From an uncultured Candidatus Saccharibacteria bacterium (GTDB lineage Bacteria; Patescibacteriota; Minisyncoccia; Phycocordibacterales; EsbW-18): DNA of 64,000 bases. The stretch is taken from assembly GCA_964447415.1 (NCBI GenBank), contig CAYUSN010000002.1:34512-98511 (forward strand), written 5' to 3'. The notes under the pieces are model-generated. The model was not told the origin of the DNA. It saw nothing but the letters and a program-made list of their open reading frames with translations, and did not search any database. Shown one piece after another: positions 31,192-39,816 of the stretch (position 1 is its first letter; each line of letters begins with the position of its first letter). Position numbers and translations under genes: made by a program.

Positions 31192-31500
31192 ATGCATATG
31201 AAAACACCACTCTTTCACGCACTGGCAGCTGCCGCACACATCGGTCTTATTTCACTCTTCTTTTTCTACGGTTCGTCACTGTTCGGTCCGGATGATAACG
31301 CTTTGATGCCGATGGCAATGCTATCCCTGTTTGTTTTGTCGGCTGCAATTATGGGGTATTTGTTTCTCTACCGCCCCATACTCATCTATCTGGAAGGCGA
31401 TAAAGCCGGGGCGCTCTCCTTTTTCTTTAAAACAACCGGCTTGTTTGCCGGCATCACGCTTGTCTTTTTTGCACTCGCATTTCTCATCTCCCGTATATAG
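31192..31500 (+). CDS. small membrane protein, three TMs
   Basis: Hydrophobic ORF with a TTGACG...TACTCT promoter upstream. Confidence 0.75.
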   Translation: MHMKTPLFHALAAAAHIGLISLFFFYGSSLFGPDDNALMPMAMLSLFVLSAAIMGYLFLYRPILIYLEGDKAGALSFFFKTTGLFAGITLVFFALAFLISRI

Positions 31501-31511
31501 CAGACGGAAGA

Positions 31512-31850
31512 TTACTCCAGCAAACACTCGCACGGTTTTTGTTTGAGTATTTTTTTCTGCTGCGCAACAGTGTGAAGAAACACGTTTTGTCCGCCTGCGC
31601 CCGTTGCATATTTTTTATTCAGCGGCGAGTGATGTTGATACCCGCGGCGCCTAAACTCACGCACCAGCTGTTCGTGACGCTCCCAGAGTGCTTTTTGCTT
31701 ACCCACCCACCTGAGCGTCTCAGGGTGGTGCGAATACCCACCCTTCCTTTTGTGTTTCGTCAGAATATTCCACAAACCGTGGAGTTCGCGATGTTCAGCC
31801 AGCAGGTGCTTGCGGCACAGATGTTTCGGATGTACATCCCACACGCGCAT
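31512..31850 (-). CDS. pyrimidine-dimer DNA glycosylase/endonuclease V family protein
   Basis: MR.WD..P..LCR.HLL.EHRELH and HPET.RW motifs. Confidence 0.8.
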   Translation of the reverse strand: MRVWDVHPKHLCRKHLLAEHRELHGLWNILTKHKRKGGYSHHPETLRWVGKQKALWERHEQLVREFRRRGYQHHSPLNKKYATGAGGQNVFLHTVAQQKKILKQKPCECLLE

Positions 31851-31855
31851 ACAAA

Positions 31856-32425
31856 TTATGTATTTTTACAACGAAAACAACTCTCCATATGATCGTTGAC
31901 CATACCGACCGCCTGCATGTGCGCATAGATAACCGTTGAACCAAGGAATGTGAACCCCCGTTTTTTGAGATCCGCCGCAAGAGCATCGGACTCTTTTGTG
32001 GTTGCTTTGTAGTCCTTGAGTGTCCGTATCTTATGGTGAATCGGTTTTCCGCCTACAAATGACCAGATATATTTTAAAAACGTGCCGAATTCTTTTTGCA
32101 CTTCAAGAAAACGTTTTGCGTTGTTAATCGCGGCCTCTATTTTTGCGCGGTTGCGGATAATGCCCTCGTTTTTCAAAAGCCGCGCCACATCTCTTTTTCC
32201 GAATGTTGCCACCTTCTTTGGATCAAAACCGGCGAACGCATTGCGATAATTTTCACGCTTGCGAAGCACGGTCAACCACGAGAGCCCCGCCTGTGCACTC
32301 TCAAGCACCAAAAACTCAAACATTTTCCTGTCATTGCGCACCGGTCTACCCCATTCGGTGTCGTGGTATGTTTCGTACAACACATCACCTTCTTTGACCC
32401 ACAGACAGCGAGTTTTAGTTTTCAT
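31856..32425 (-). CDS. tag: DNA-3-methyladenine glycosylase I
   Basis: YHDTEWG, LESAQAGLSW, IIRNRAKI, MQA.G.VNDH. Confidence 0.96.
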   Translation of the reverse strand: MKTKTRCLWVKEGDVLYETYHDTEWGRPVRNDRKMFEFLVLESAQAGLSWLTVLRKRENYRNAFAGFDPKKVATFGKRDVARLLKNEGIIRNRAKIEAAINNAKRFLEVQKEFGTFLKYIWSFVGGKPIHHKIRTLKDYKATTKESDALAADLKKRGFTFLGSTVIYAHMQAVGMVNDHMESCFRCKNT

Positions 32426-32503
32426 TGGTGACCTTATCGGGATTTGAACCCGAGTTTCGACCGTGAGAGGGTCGCGTCCTGGACCAGGCTAGACGATAAG
32501 GCC
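32426..32503 (-). tRNA. tRNA-Glu (anticodon CTC), CCA encoded
   Basis: GGCCTTA...TAAGGTC-ACCA acceptor, anticodon arm CGACC-CT-CTC-AC-GGTCG, GGTTCAAATCC T arm. Confidence 0.95.
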
Positions 32504-32549
32504 ATATACTACGGCATGTGCGTCTGTGTAGTCCACGTTGCTCTCTCGG

Positions 32550-32615
32550 TTCCGTGAGAGGGATTGAAAGCACCGACGTGCGTTCAATCCGTAGACCAGG
32601 CTAGACGATACGGCC
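32550..32615 (-). pseudogene. degenerate 5' half of tRNA-Glu carrying a hairpin insertion
   Basis: GGCCGTATCGTCTAGCCTGGTC matches the tRNA 5' end at 21/22 positions; CCCTCTCACGG anticodon loop retained; no T arm. Confidence 0.75.
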
Positions 32616-32693
32616 GACCGCATCAGAATACGACACACACTTGCTTTTTTCAAGGTATGCGCGAACAATGGGTGTTAGAGAAAGGAGGCCGCC

Positions 32694-32801
32694 ATGCCGA
32701 AATGGTTTCAGTACACCGTCATCGGCGTCGTTCTCGGCGCCTCCGCTGCCCTCTTCACGTTTTCCATCGGGTACAAGCTCTACAAGAGCGTGACCCGATG
32801 A
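32694..32801 (+). CDS. 35-aa single-TM small protein (MPKWFQYTVIGVVLGASAALFTFSIGYKLYKSVTR)
   Basis: AAAGGAGG SD 5 nt before ATG; GCGGCGGTCC/GGACCGCCGC hairpin just after the stop; below the ORF-track cutoff. Confidence 0.72.
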   Translation: MPKWFQYTVIGVVLGASAALFTFSIGYKLYKSVTR

Positions 32802-32847
32802 ACGCCGCGGCGGTCCCTCACAGGACCGCCGCTAAACCATTATCTGT

Positions 32848-34128
32848 TTATCTTTTGCTCCACTCTTTCCCCTGTCGCACAAGTAATTGATGTTTTTTCT
32901 CAGGATGTAGCAACACCTCCGAAACAGCACGCTCAATACGCATTGACTGTGAGCCCTTAAAAAGCACGATATCGCCCTCTTTTAAAATACTTTTTACAAA
33001 CAATCCGGCATCACGCGCATTTTCAAAACTTTCCACCCGTTCCGCACCCGCATCTTTTGCCGCATCACGCGCCTTGCGCATACGGTTGCCGACGGTCACA
33101 ACAACACCGATGTCCGCACACTGTGCGCCGACTTCCGCGTGTGCACTATCGGAAAGTTCACCGAGTTCGGCCATATCACCCAACACCGCGATTTTTCTTC
33201 CGCCGGAAACGTCTTTGAGCGTTGCGAGTGCTTCACGCAGCGCCACTGGCGATGAGTTATACGTGTCATCGATGAGCGTCGCTCCGTGGAGGCCCTCGAG
33301 AATATGCATGCGTCCAAGCGGAAACGCCCTTTCGGCAAGTGCGTCTCCGATTTCCACAAGATTAATCCCGTGCATAATACCGAACGCCGTTGCCGCAAGT
33401 GACGGATACATGGTTTGTCTTCCAAGCACGCCAGACAGCGTCATCGGCACGATGTTTCCGTCATGCGCGATTTTAAACGTTACGCCGGTCGGTTTTCCGT
33501 TTTTATCGTACATTACCGCGTAGTATTCACCCCGCACGTCCGCACCCTCCTGCGTTCCGAACGTAAGCGTCCTGCAAATACTTTCGTCTTTAAGTGCGCG
33601 CACACTCGGATCATCGTGTGCAAGTATCAGCGCACCGTCTTTGGAAAGCCCTCGGATTATTTTTGCTTTTTCGCGCAGCACGTCCTTTGCCGAATCAAAA
33701 AATTCAACGTGCACCGGTGCATCACCGATGTGGGTAATCACCGCGGTGTCCAGATGTATCAGCGACATTGTGTGATCCATATCACCCGGATGATCAACGC
33801 CCAATTCCAACACAAGCCACTCTGGATATGAAAATGAAAACACCGCTGAAAAAAAGCCGCGAATAATGTTGCCGAACCATCCGTGTACACTGTTCCACGC
33901 AGTTTCAAGGTTGAGCACCGACAACGGCAGTCCGAGCTCCGAGTTATAGCTCCGCGCGCTTGCACGGGTGTTTCCAAGACGGCGTGCAACGCATGCAACC
34001 GCCTCTTTTGTCGATGTTTTGCCGACGCTACCGGTAATACCGACAACGCGCGGACGGTGCATCCACAGCGCTATGCGCGCCTCAAAGGTGAGAATTGAAA
34101 CAACTATTTTTTTTAGTATCTGCTTCAT
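32848..34128 (-). CDS. murF: UDP-MurNAc-tripeptide--D-Ala-D-Ala ligase
   Basis: GITGSVGKTSTKE, DDTYNSSP, LGDMAELG, KGSQ. Confidence 0.92.
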   Translation of the reverse strand: MKQILKKIVVSILTFEARIALWMHRPRVVGITGSVGKTSTKEAVACVARRLGNTRASARSYNSELGLPLSVLNLETAWNSVHGWFGNIIRGFFSAVFSFSYPEWLVLELGVDHPGDMDHTMSLIHLDTAVITHIGDAPVHVEFFDSAKDVLREKAKIIRGLSKDGALILAHDDPSVRALKDESICRTLTFGTQEGADVRGEYYAVMYDKNGKPTGVTFKIAHDGNIVPMTLSGVLGRQTMYPSLAATAFGIMHGINLVEIGDALAERAFPLGRMHILEGLHGATLIDDTYNSSPVALREALATLKDVSGGRKIAVLGDMAELGELSDSAHAEVGAQCADIGVVVTVGNRMRKARDAAKDAGAERVESFENARDAGLFVKSILKEGDIVLFKGSQSMRIERAVSEVLLHPEKKHQLLVRQGKEWSKR

Positions 34129-35852
34129 AACTGCTGGCGGTCCGGTGTAACGCCGTAGTAGTTGATGAGAAAATCAACAGTGTGCATAAACGGCTGTGTA
34201 AAGGTCTGTGATGCAAAATTTGTCCCTTTCGGGTCATCCGCATAAAAGAAGATAAGAAACCGCGGATTGTACGCCGGGAAATACCCGAAAAATGAGTGAA
34301 AGAACCGGTCTTCGTAGTACTTTCCGGTCGCAGGATTCGTCACCTGCGCCGTCCCTGTTTTCGCCGCAATCGCATACTCTTCTTTCTTAACCGTACCACC
34401 CAGCAGATACTTGTCCACAACCTCAACCAGCATCCGTGTAATGATTTCACTTGTTTCAGGAGCGATAATCTGCTTTTCGGCGGGGCGCGGAATAGTGCGC
34501 GGTATGCCGACCTCACTGATGATTTCACGGGCAACATGCGGCACCACAAGCTTCCCGCCGTTTGCAAGCGCAGAAAGCGCCCGTACAGTGGCAATCGGCG
34601 TCAGTGCGATGCCTTGTCCGTAAGCCGCGGTGATATATTCGATGTCCCGCGATGTCGTAAGGTTATCCAACTTTCCGCTCACCTCTCCCGGCAAATCAAT
34701 ACCCGTTTCTTTATCAAGACCGAAATTGCGCATGTATTCGGCAAACCGTTCATTACCGAGACGGGAAACAATATAGGCGACTCCTGTGTTAAGTGATTCG
34801 CCCAATACGGTTTGCATGGTGGTTCCCGGTCCGCGTCCTTTTCCGTCGTGGTTCCAGATAGTGCGCCCGTTTGCCTCAACAAACCCGCGGTCTGTATACG
34901 TCGACTGCGGAGTAATCACACCGGCATCAAGACCTGCGGCAATTGTCAGCGGTTTAATAATGGAACCCATTTCAAAAATACTTTCAACTATCGGATTTCC
35001 GAACACCCGCGGATTCGATACGTCATAGAATTCATTCGGGTTAAACGTCGGAAGAATGGCAAGTGCAAAAATCTCACCCGTATTCGGGTCAACAATAACG
35101 GCACCGAGTGAACGCGGAGAAAGCTCCTCTGCAACACCGGCAAGCACGTCCTCAAGAAACCCCTGTACATTCGGTTCAATTGTCGTAAGCACATCGCCGT
35201 GTCCTTCACCGTCATCCGCACGCGCCACATCTTTCACGTTTGAAAACACCTCAACAAAAATATTCTTGTACAACGTCTCGTTGTTTCGCTCAAGTGTCTC
35301 TTCATAGTATTGTTCGATGCCGTACCTGCCGACAAGACTGTCGCCCTCAAAACCGACAAAACCGATTGTGTTTGCAGCGCGCTCTTCCCCCGGATACAAA
35401 CGCCACCGTTCCTTTTCAAGCACCACCCCGGGAATATCAAGCTCGTTGATCTTCTGTGCGCTTGCTTCATCAACACGGCGTATCAGCGTTTCGTACGGAT
35501 CGTCTTTCATGGCCGCTTTTTTCATAAATTCCTCCTCATCAATATCTACGATCGCGGACAGTTGTGTATATGTGCTTTGTGTGTCTTCAAGTATGTTTGG
35601 TTTTATTGCAAGCGTCAGACCGGACGCAAGTGTCGCCGCCGAGACGCGCTCGCCGTTTTTATCCTGAAAAAAAATAGACCCGCGGTCGAAGATTCGTCCG
35701 TTGGGCAGTGAAAACTGGCGGTCGGCACGGTCGTTCCATTGCTCGTGCTGCACAATCTGCACCAGATACAATTTAACGACAAAGACAAGCGCGACCACAA
35801 AAAACAGCGAGAAGAGGATATAAATCCTTTTGTGATGCGTGTCGCTCTTCAT
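34125..35852 (-). CDS. ftsI: class B penicillin-binding protein (FtsI-type)
   Basis: SxxK (SIIK), SxN (SLN), KTG; dcw position. Confidence 0.85.
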   Translation of the reverse strand: MKSDTHHKRIYILFSLFFVVALVFVVKLYLVQIVQHEQWNDRADRQFSLPNGRIFDRGSIFFQDKNGERVSAATLASGLTLAIKPNILEDTQSTYTQLSAIVDIDEEEFMKKAAMKDDPYETLIRRVDEASAQKINELDIPGVVLEKERWRLYPGEERAANTIGFVGFEGDSLVGRYGIEQYYEETLERNNETLYKNIFVEVFSNVKDVARADDGEGHGDVLTTIEPNVQGFLEDVLAGVAEELSPRSLGAVIVDPNTGEIFALAILPTFNPNEFYDVSNPRVFGNPIVESIFEMGSIIKPLTIAAGLDAGVITPQSTYTDRGFVEANGRTIWNHDGKGRGPGTTMQTVLGESLNTGVAYIVSRLGNERFAEYMRNFGLDKETGIDLPGEVSGKLDNLTTSRDIEYITAAYGQGIALTPIATVRALSALANGGKLVVPHVAREIISEVGIPRTIPRPAEKQIIAPETSEIITRMLVEVVDKYLLGGTVKKEEYAIAAKTGTAQVTNPATGKYYEDRFFHSFFGYFPAYNPRFLIFFYADDPKGTNFASQTFTQPFMHTVDFLINYYGVTPDRQQL

Positions 35853-35858
35853 GTGCCG

Positions 35859-36176
35859 TTAGTCACTGTCAGACCGGAATGAAAGCGTGTGGATGCGGCG
35901 TGATACAAACAGCGCAACGTCGGCTTCAACAAAACCCAAATCGTGTGCGCGCGCAAGCGTCAGTGAATCCATAACCTGCATATACTCCGCTTCAAGAAGC
36001 GCCACCTCACCGGCCGTTTCGGTCAGCGACCGCTCAACCGCCTGGCGGGCCATCGTGTGGGCAACCGTTTCTTTCATAAGCGTCAGATACGCACCGCCGA
36101 GTAGACAGCACGTGAAAAAGAGGGCGATAATCGCTTTTTTATGAAACGTATTCAGTTGGAGTAAGTCTCGTACCAT
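35859..36176 (-). CDS. FtsL-like cell division protein
   Basis: Single TM plus coiled coil ending A..LGF; lies between rsmH and ftsI. Confidence 0.6.
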   Translation of the reverse strand: MVRDLLQLNTFHKKAIIALFFTCCLLGGAYLTLMKETVAHTMARQAVERSLTETAGEVALLEAEYMQVMDSLTLARAHDLGFVEADVALFVSRRIHTLSFRSDSD

Positions 36177-36178
36177 GG

Positions 36179-37063
36179 TTATTTTTGAAGGATTCGTAGT
36201 TTTGCCGAACGTGACCGCGGATTATTTCGTACTTCCTCGTCTTGAGGCATAATCGGTTTTTTTGTTATTCTGACTGCCCCATCCGCCTCTTTTTGTTTTG
36301 AAAATTCTTTGACGATGCGGTCTTCAAGACTGTGAAATGAGACGACGGCAATTCGTTTTCCGGGCGAAAGCAGTGAAAATGTTTTTTCCAGTCCCTCCTT
36401 AAGCGCATTGAGTTCATCGTTGACCGCAATACGCAGCGCCTGGAAGGTCCGCGTTGCCGGATGAATCGCGCCGGTTCTGTATCGTCCGGGTACCGCACTC
36501 TTGATTACCTCAACCAACTGACCCGTCGTTTCAATCGGGTGTGCCTGACGTTCTGACACAAGTGCTTTTGCAATTCGGCGCGCATATCGTTCCTCTCCGT
36601 ATCCGAATATCACATTTGCAATATCTTCCTCCGCCCAGTCGTTGATGATGTCGCGTGCGGTAAACGCAATGTATTCGGGGTCCGTCTGGAGCGTCATAGA
36701 AAGCGGTTCATCGCGCAGGAAGCTGAATCCCCGTCCGGATTCCTCGAGTTGCAGCGAACTGAAACCGAGGTCAAACGCCGCACCGTCTATCCGCGCAATA
36801 CCGAGCCGTGCAAGTTCCGCATCCACATTTCTGAAATTTGCGTGAACAAGATGTAGTGTGCAGGTAACAGCAGAGAGTATTTTTTTCGCCCGCTCTATTG
36901 CATCGCCGTCTTGGTCAAATCCGACAACCGTTCCGTTCGCGCCGACGCGCTCGCACAGCGCATGCGTATATCCGCCGCCGCCGACTGTTGCGTCAACAAC
37001 CACGTCACCGGAGGAAACCGAGAGTCCGTCGATCACTTCTTGTAAAAGAACAGGAATATGCAT
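36179..37063 (-). CDS. rsmH: 16S rRNA C1402 N4-methyltransferase
   Basis: HIPVLL.E, HPATRTFQALRI.VN, SFHSLEDRIVK, NPRSRSAKLR. Confidence 0.98.
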   Translation of the reverse strand: MHIPVLLQEVIDGLSVSSGDVVVDATVGGGGYTHALCERVGANGTVVGFDQDGDAIERAKKILSAVTCTLHLVHANFRNVDAELARLGIARIDGAAFDLGFSSLQLEESGRGFSFLRDEPLSMTLQTDPEYIAFTARDIINDWAEEDIANVIFGYGEERYARRIAKALVSERQAHPIETTGQLVEVIKSAVPGRYRTGAIHPATRTFQALRIAVNDELNALKEGLEKTFSLLSPGKRIAVVSFHSLEDRIVKEFSKQKEADGAVRITKKPIMPQDEEVRNNPRSRSAKLRILQK

Positions 37064-37069
37064 GCCTCC

Positions 37070-37504
37070 CTATATCGCACCGATTCCTCCGAGCTGCTCG
37101 GCGAGTACATCGGCCTCTTTTTCGATGCGTCGCGTGTAGGCATCCCACTGACGCTCATTCCAAATCTCAACCCGTGTCTGTACACCGGCGAACACTACCT
37201 TTCCTTTCAGCTCCGCAAAATCTCTCAAGAAATCAGGTATCAACATTCGTCCGGCGGAGTCGACGTCTACTTCGGAGGCACCGGCAAGCATAAACCGTGC
37301 GAACCCACGTGTGCTTGATTGACCCATACCGAGGTTGCCGAGCTGTTCTGCGATTGCTTTCCACTCTTTCTGCGAATACACAAACAAACATCCTTCCAAC
37401 CCGCGCGTTACGACAATTTTTTTTCCCAGCTCCTGGCGAAACTTCACCGGAAGCGAAAGCCGCTTCTTGTCATCCAGTGTGTGTTTGTATTCGCCGATGA
37501 GCAT
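37070..37504 (-). CDS. mraZ: transcriptional regulator MraZ
   Basis: GEY.H.LD.K.R..LP..FR, D..GR.LIP. Confidence 0.96.
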   Translation of the reverse strand: MLIGEYKHTLDDKKRLSLPVKFRQELGKKIVVTRGLEGCLFVYSQKEWKAIAEQLGNLGMGQSSTRGFARFMLAGASEVDVDSAGRMLIPDFLRDFAELKGKVVFAGVQTRVEIWNERQWDAYTRRIEKEADVLAEQLGGIGAI

Positions 37505-37554
37505 GGGTGTGTAAAGATTTTTCCGGACAAGGGGAAACGCGGACAAGTGCGTTT

Positions 37555-37600
37555 CCCACTTTGTCCCACATGAATATTATTCTACCCCACCCTATCCCAC
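37555..37600 (-). promoter_or_regulatory. MraZ operator repeats and dcw promoter
   Basis: GTGGG pentamers at a 10-bp pitch (CCCAC at 37555, 37565, 37586, 37596) overlapping a TAGAAT -10; matches the known MraZ-binding repeat. Confidence 0.8.
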
Positions 37601-37632
37601 ATACAAACAAACTTATCCACTTTTTTGAATAG

Positions 37633-37671
37633 AAAACACCCCTCGCCGTATGTCTACGGCGAGGGGTGTTA
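37633..37671 (-). terminator. intrinsic terminator after lysS
   Basis: AACACCCCTCGCCGTA/TACGGCGAGGGGTGTT perfect stem. Confidence 0.8.
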
Positions 37672-37681
37672 AAACCCTGTA

Positions 37682-39136
37682 TTAGTCGCTATCTTTCGGA
37701 CGCATGAGAGGGAAAATCTGGGTCTCACGGACCGGCTTGTCCGCCATGAACGCAAAGAGTCGTTCACCGAACCCGAAACCGAATGTGGGCGGCATGCCGT
37801 ACTCAAGCATCTCTACAAATTCAAAATCGGGCATCATCGCCTCCTCGTCCCCCCGTTCAATAAGCGCCTCCTGTTCTTTAAAGCGTGCCGCCTGGTCAAT
37901 GGGATTGTTGAGTTCACCGTGCGCACGCCCCATCTCAGACCCCGCAATAATAATCTGCAGTGTGAGCGTCTTGCGCGGGTCATCAGGATGTTCCTGTGAG
38001 AGCGGCGCAACAAGTTTCGGATGATTGACGAGAAACGCCGGGCCGGAAATATTTTTTCTGCAGTACTTCCACAACGAGTCGGTCAGACGCTCGCGTGTGT
38101 CGCCTTCAAACCGTACACCAAGCTCGATGAGTTTTTCTTTGAGTTCTTTCTCGGACGACTCCAGTACGTTTACCCCCGTCATCTTTTCAACGGTGGACAC
38201 ATAATCAAGCTCTTCCCACTCGCGACCTAGATCAAACGAATGACCGCGCGTCTCAAACGCGGTGGTGCCAAACACTTCTTTTGCAAGCGTACGATAGAGT
38301 TCTTGAATGAGCCTCTTCCCTTCCTCAAAATCCATGTAGGAGGCGTAAAACTCCATGTTCGTAAATTCCTGCAGGTGCTCGAGACTGGAACCCTCGTTAC
38401 GATACGCGCGTCCGATTTCAAACGTGCGCGGAATGCCCGCGGCCATCAGCCGTTTTTGCCAGAGCTCGCCTATTGAAATACGCAAAAAGACGTCCAAATC
38501 AAAGTCATTGTGGTGTGTTTTAAATGGCCGTGCTTCGGCTCCGCCGGTGGTCACCTCCAAGGTCGGCGTCTCCACCTCAAGAAATCCGCGGTCTTTGAGA
38601 AACTTCCGGGTCACGTCCCAAAACTTCGCCTTCTTCTCAAACAGCTCTTTGAGCTCTGGGTGTGAAATAAAGTCAAGATACCGTTTGCGCAGACGCTCCT
38701 CCTGATCGGTCAGCCCCACCCATTTCTCAGGAAGCGTGCGGAGCGACTTGGAGAGCATCGTCCAACCCGACGCCAAAATACTTTTTTCTCCGCGCTTTGT
38801 TTTTGTCGGCGTGCCGGAGAGGTCGATGAAATCGCCGATATCAACAACCTGACCGAAGAACCCGAATGTGTCTCGGAGCGTATCCTCCTTGAGGTATCCC
38901 TGAATTTTTCCGGTGCCGTCGTAAAGATCACAGAATACCGTTCCGCCGTGTTCGCGAATGGACATAACGCGTCCCGCAACCGTCACCGGTTCCTTGTCCG
39001 CTTTTGCGTCAAAGTCGGAAACCAAATCACCGATGGTTGTCGTGCGTTGTGAAGAGGGCGGATACGGACGCATTCCCTTCTCTGCAAGCAGAGAAAGTTT
39101 TCTGAGCCGTTCGTTTCGAATATCTTCCAGTGACAT
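37682..39136 (-). CDS. lysS: lysyl-tRNA synthetase class II
   Basis: GGAEARPF.THHN, YRNEG, EFTNMEFY, EYGMPPT. Confidence 0.97.
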   Translation of the reverse strand: MSLEDIRNERLRKLSLLAEKGMRPYPPSSQRTTTIGDLVSDFDAKADKEPVTVAGRVMSIREHGGTVFCDLYDGTGKIQGYLKEDTLRDTFGFFGQVVDIGDFIDLSGTPTKTKRGEKSILASGWTMLSKSLRTLPEKWVGLTDQEERLRKRYLDFISHPELKELFEKKAKFWDVTRKFLKDRGFLEVETPTLEVTTGGAEARPFKTHHNDFDLDVFLRISIGELWQKRLMAAGIPRTFEIGRAYRNEGSSLEHLQEFTNMEFYASYMDFEEGKRLIQELYRTLAKEVFGTTAFETRGHSFDLGREWEELDYVSTVEKMTGVNVLESSEKELKEKLIELGVRFEGDTRERLTDSLWKYCRKNISGPAFLVNHPKLVAPLSQEHPDDPRKTLTLQIIIAGSEMGRAHGELNNPIDQAARFKEQEALIERGDEEAMMPDFEFVEMLEYGMPPTFGFGFGERLFAFMADKPVRETQIFPLMRPKDSD

Positions 39137-39174
39137 ACACCCTCATTCTACACTCCGTATCTTATTTTTCTAGA

Positions 39175-39294
39175 GCGTCTCTAAAATTCTTGGGTGCAAG
39201 GCACGGTCAGGCGAGGCGCGCAGACGTACTGAAAAACTACGGCGAAGCGGCGAGCCGGGACCCGTAACGAAGCAGACGGGAATTTTAGAGATGC
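39175..39294. mobile_element. putative MITE, 120 bp with 15-bp terminal inverted repeats
   Basis: GCGTCTCTAAAATTC ... GAATTTTAGAGATGC (14/15); CTAG near both ends; non-coding. Confidence 0.6.
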
Positions 39295-39298
39295 GAGG

Positions 39299-39769
39299 CT
39301 AGTCTATTTTAACGACGGTATACTCCATCGTCTTCCCTGACGGGGCGGTAAATGTAAATACCTCTCCCTTCTTTTTACCCACGAGCGCCTGTCCGAGCGG
39401 TGAGTGTGATGAAATACGTCCGGCTGCAGTATCCGCCTCCTCTGAACCCACAATGGTAAATTCTTTCTTCTCCTTCTCGCCCGCTTTTTGAAGCGTTACA
39501 GTTGAACCGATTTCCACGGCGTTGCTGTGGTGCATCGTCATGATTTCGGCCTTTTTGAGAAGGCCCACAAGATACTTAATCCGGTTTTCGGATTTTCCCT
39601 GTTCCTGTCGCGCTTCCTGATATTCGGCGTTTTCCGAAAGGTCGCCGAGCGCACGCGCGGATTCAAGTTGCCGTGCAATTTCATTGCGGCGAGTTGTAAT
39701 TAAAAAATCAAGCTCGTGTTTGAGCTCGTTGTATTTTGCCTCCGTCAGGTACTGCTTCTCGTCCTTCAT
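39299..39769 (-). CDS. greA: transcription elongation factor GreA
   Basis: GDLSENAEY, IS..SPLG.AL.GKK.G. Confidence 0.97.
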   Translation of the reverse strand: MKDEKQYLTEAKYNELKHELDFLITTRRNEIARQLESARALGDLSENAEYQEARQEQGKSENRIKYLVGLLKKAEIMTMHHSNAVEIGSTVTLQKAGEKEKKEFTIVGSEEADTAAGRISSHSPLGQALVGKKKGEVFTFTAPSGKTMEYTVVKID

Positions 39770-39816
39770 ATGACGAGGCACTATACATGGAATATGCCCC
39801 GGACACAAGTGGAAAG

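Noticed and set aside
32426-32615. Prophage or island attachment site at tRNA-Glu
   Set aside because: The duplicated part is the 5' half, no integrase is present, and I saw no 3' duplicate in the window.
39175-39294. T-box or lysine riboswitch upstream of lysS
   Set aside because: No T-box or riboswitch consensus, and lysS has its own -10 downstream of the element.
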